DNA of 60,382 nt, counting the filler. It is 5 parts of 5 records of this genome, joined end to end, with 100 filler letters (N's around TTAATTAATTAA, not from the genome) between each part and the next. Parts side by side here need not be neighbours in the genome. Positions count along the whole stretch, not along the records: positions 48,378 to 60,382 come from SRR31156797_12855; 4 more parts are not named here. The stretch is one strand, 5' to 3'. Each line of letters opens with the position of its first letter. Within the stretch, counting starts at the first letter, position 1. This document shows, one piece after another, positions 58,105-60,382 of the stretch. The translations under genes were made by a program, and so were the position numbers. Under the pieces are notes generated by a model that was not told where the DNA came from, did no database searches, and saw only the letters and a program-made list of their open reading frames with translations.

Positions 58105-59034
58105 TTAATTTGCTCTTATTGATGTAGCCGTTAAAATAGTATAATACTTACCAGTAAGAGTAACTCTAAACTTCTTTTGTTGTAAATACTTTTTACAAAA
58201 GAAAGCATCTTTATACAGTAAAGACTGTTCACTAAAACTATAGTTTGGAGCTTTTGCCCCATAAATAACTTCACCACCAAGCCATCTACAGTTTGGAAAA
58301 CCTAAGATTAATGCACCTGTTTTTTCTAAATAGTTTTGAACAATATGCATAAAAATAGCGTTAAAATCTAAATTCGAACTTTGAAGTGTTCCAATTGAGA
58401 TTATCAAATCAAACTTTCCTAAATCTAGTTCATCTAAAAGATTTATATCATGGGAATAAAACTTTACATTATCATCTTCTATAAACTTCTCTTTTGCCTT
58501 TTTAATTGCAGAAAGGCAATAATCAATACCTACAAACTCAATCTCTGAGAACTCATCTTTAAATGCTGTTTTGATAAGTTCAAACTCTTCTGCATTATTA
58601 ACACCAAGGTTTAAAACTCTTTTTCTTTTATTTACTTTTACATTTTTTAATGCTTGTAAATAAGAGTAAAAAAACTCAGGCTCTTCATTTTTATTTATTC
58701 TTGAAAATTGTGAATCAACACCATATTTTTCTTCAACTTCTTTACTTGAATGAAAAGTCTTATCTTCAAGTTTTAAGAAACTTAACTCCACAAAGTTTTT
58801 ATCTATTAACTTTGGAGTCAACATTTTATAGTGGAATTTTTCTGCTAAATCATTCCAAGACTTATATGATCTATATACATACTCTTCATCTTCTAATAAT
58901 ATTTTCTCTCCTGCATAAGCATTTTCAACTACGTCAGGATTTAAAACAATAATATTTATTATTTTTTCTTCTTTTTTATTATTAAAGTAAGCATAAATTT
59001 CGAATAATGATTTTTTTGTAAAGTTTTTTTTCAT
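58105..59034 (-). CDS. Class I SAM-dependent methyltransferase with N-terminal extension
   Basis: RVLNLGVN, FVGID, FDLIISIG; ATG at 59034 preferred. Confidence 0.85.
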   Translation of the reverse strand: MKKNFTKKSLFEIYAYFNNKKEEKIINIIVLNPDVVENAYAGEKILLEDEEYVYRSYKSWNDLAEKFHYKMLTPKLIDKNFVELSFLKLEDKTFHSSKEVEEKYGVDSQFSRINKNEEPEFFYSYLQALKNVKVNKRKRVLNLGVNNAEEFELIKTAFKDEFSEIEFVGIDYCLSAIKKAKEKFIEDDNVKFYSHDINLLDELDLGKFDLIISIGTLQSSNLDFNAIFMHIVQNYLEKTGALILGFPNCRWLGGEVIYGAKAPNYSFSEQSLLYKDAFFCKKYLQQKKFRVTLTGKYYTILTATSIRAN

Positions 59035-59116
59035 TTTTCTCCATTTTTTGTTAAAAGTATATCGAAGTTTAACTACAGAATAGTTATAATCACGAAGATT
59101 TAATAGGTGATAAAAC

Positions 59117-60382
59117 ATGATATTTGAAAACGAAAAACAATTTTTAAAAATAATTAAATATACACCTTCATTTTTTATTATTATCTTATCGATGATTATT
59201 ATTATTTTTCAGTTTATTGATAAAAATAATACTTTTGAAAAAGAAAAAGAAAAAATCACTCAAGAATATATTCAAAAAAATAAAAACCTAATCAAAACAA
59301 GAGTTGATTCTATTTATAACTTTATTGAAAAAGAGAGAAGTTATACTAAAGAAGAGTTAAAAAACTCAATCAAAGGAGCAGTTGAAAATGCTCACTCTAT
59401 TGCAAACTCTATTTATGAAAGAAATAAAAACAAAAATCCAGAGTTAATTAAAAAGCTTATTATTGATGCCCTAAGAGATGTTAGATTTAATAAAGGACGT
59501 GGATACTTTTTTATCTATGAAAAAAGTGGTAAAAATCTTCTTCTTCCATACAATGAAAACTTAGAAGGCACGAACTTTATTAATCATCAAGACTCAAAGG
59601 GAACTTTTATTATCCAAGAGATGAATGAAGCTTTATCAAAAAACAACTCTACTTTCTATTCTTGGTACTGGTATAACCCAAATAAACAAGATATGATGAG
59701 AGAAAAACTAGGGTATATTAAAAACTTTGAACCTTTTGATTGGTTTATAGGAACTGGTGAATATATCGAAGATTATGAGCAAGAAGTAAAAGAAAAAATA
59801 CTAAAACATATCAAAAACTTACAATTTGGACAAAATGGCTATGTATTTGTAATCAATTATGACTATATCTATTTAACTCATATTAAAAAAGAGTATATTG
59901 GAAAAGATGCAATTACAAATAATGATGCAAAACAAATAAGAACAGTAATAAAAAAACTAGTTGAGATATCTAAAAGTGGTTCAGGGTTCTATGAATATAC
60001 ACAATTTATAAAACCAGATGGAGCAGAATCAATAAAAAAGATTAGCTTTGTAAGAGGTTTTCAAGATTGGCAATGGGTTATTGGAACTGGTTTCTATGAA
60101 GATGATTTAAAAAAAGCTATTAAAGATAAAAAAGAAGAGATAGAAAATGAATATCAAGAGAGTCTTAAAAAAACCCTTGAAATATCTCTATTTTTAGTGG
60201 TAATATTACTTCTAAGTTCAATCTATTTTTCTAAAATATTACAAAAAAAGTTTAGAAAATATAAAAGGGAAATTAGAGAACATCTAATAGAAAATACAAA
60301 ACAACAAAATATTTTAGCCCAACAATCAAAAATGGCCGCAATGGGTGAAATGATAGGAAATATCGCTCACCAATGGAGACAA
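59117..60382 (+). CDS. Cache-domain sensor histidine kinase, 3' truncated (absent from ORF track)
   Basis: MIFENEKQF..., TM, two Cache repeats (GRGYFFIY...WFIGTGEY; NGYVFV...WVIGTGFY), TM, H-box AAMGEMIGNIAHQWRQ. Confidence 0.92.
   Translation, partial: MIFENEKQFLKIIKYTPSFFIIILSMIIIIFQFIDKNNTFEKEKEKITQEYIQKNKNLIKTRVDSIYNFIEKERSYTKEELKNSIKGAVENAHSIANSIYERNKNKNPELIKKLIIDALRDVRFNKGRGYFFIYEKSGKNLLLPYNENLEGTNFINHQDSKGTFIIQEMNEALSKNNSTFYSWYWYNPNKQDMMREKLGYIKNFEPFDWFIGTGEYIEDYEQEVKEKILKHIKNLQFGQNGYVFVINYDYIYLTHIKKEYIGKDAITNNDAKQIRTVIKKLVEISKSGSGFYEYTQFIKPDGAESIKKISFVRGFQDWQWVIGTGFYEDDLKKAIKDKKEEIENEYQESLKKTLEISLFLVVILLLSSIYFSKILQKKFRKYKREIREHLIENTKQQNILAQQSKMAAMGEMIGNIAHQWRQ

Overview
This window is not one locus. 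It is five unrelated contigs joined by identical 100-nt artificial spacers (44 N + TTAATTAATTAA + 44 N) at 9118-9217, 19581-19680, 40991-41090 and 48278-48377. Taxonomy below is inferred from gene content and promoter style only. Contig 1 (1-9117), contig 4 (41091-48277) and contig 5 (48378-60382) look like Campylobacterota (Arcobacter/Sulfurimonas-like). They carry regulator-target cassettes, nuoM/nuoN, a porin, a Tat-exported TorA/BisC-type molybdoenzyme, an MMPL transporter, DsbB/TlpA and two candidate small RNAs. Contig 3 (19681-40990) looks like an anaerobic Bacteroidota (Marinifilaceae-like). It carries an [FeFe]-hydrogenase with hydG/hydE, a Kelch/DUF4270/FadL-like surface module, and an aminotransferase / 2-oxoacid:ferredoxin oxidoreductase / ADP-forming acyl-CoA synthetase / flavodoxin set. 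Contig 2 (9218-19580) is from a very AT-rich diderm (Fusobacteriota- or Halanaerobiales-like) and holds the best novelty candidates. First, a putative non-type-IV pilus locus: a secretin, a degenerate-secretin/beta-barrel partner, three Sec-exported subunits sharing a C-terminal G-x-Y strand motif and a multi-Ig chaperone-like protein, with no usher visible. The subunit operon has a sigma70 promoter and a c-di-GMP-II-like riboswitch. Second, a repeated, covarying RNA hairpin with AAARCA motifs sits directly before the ribosome-binding sites of yjfK and yjfI in a yjfK-yjfI-pspA cluster. No tRNA, rRNA, CRISPR array or IS element was seen.
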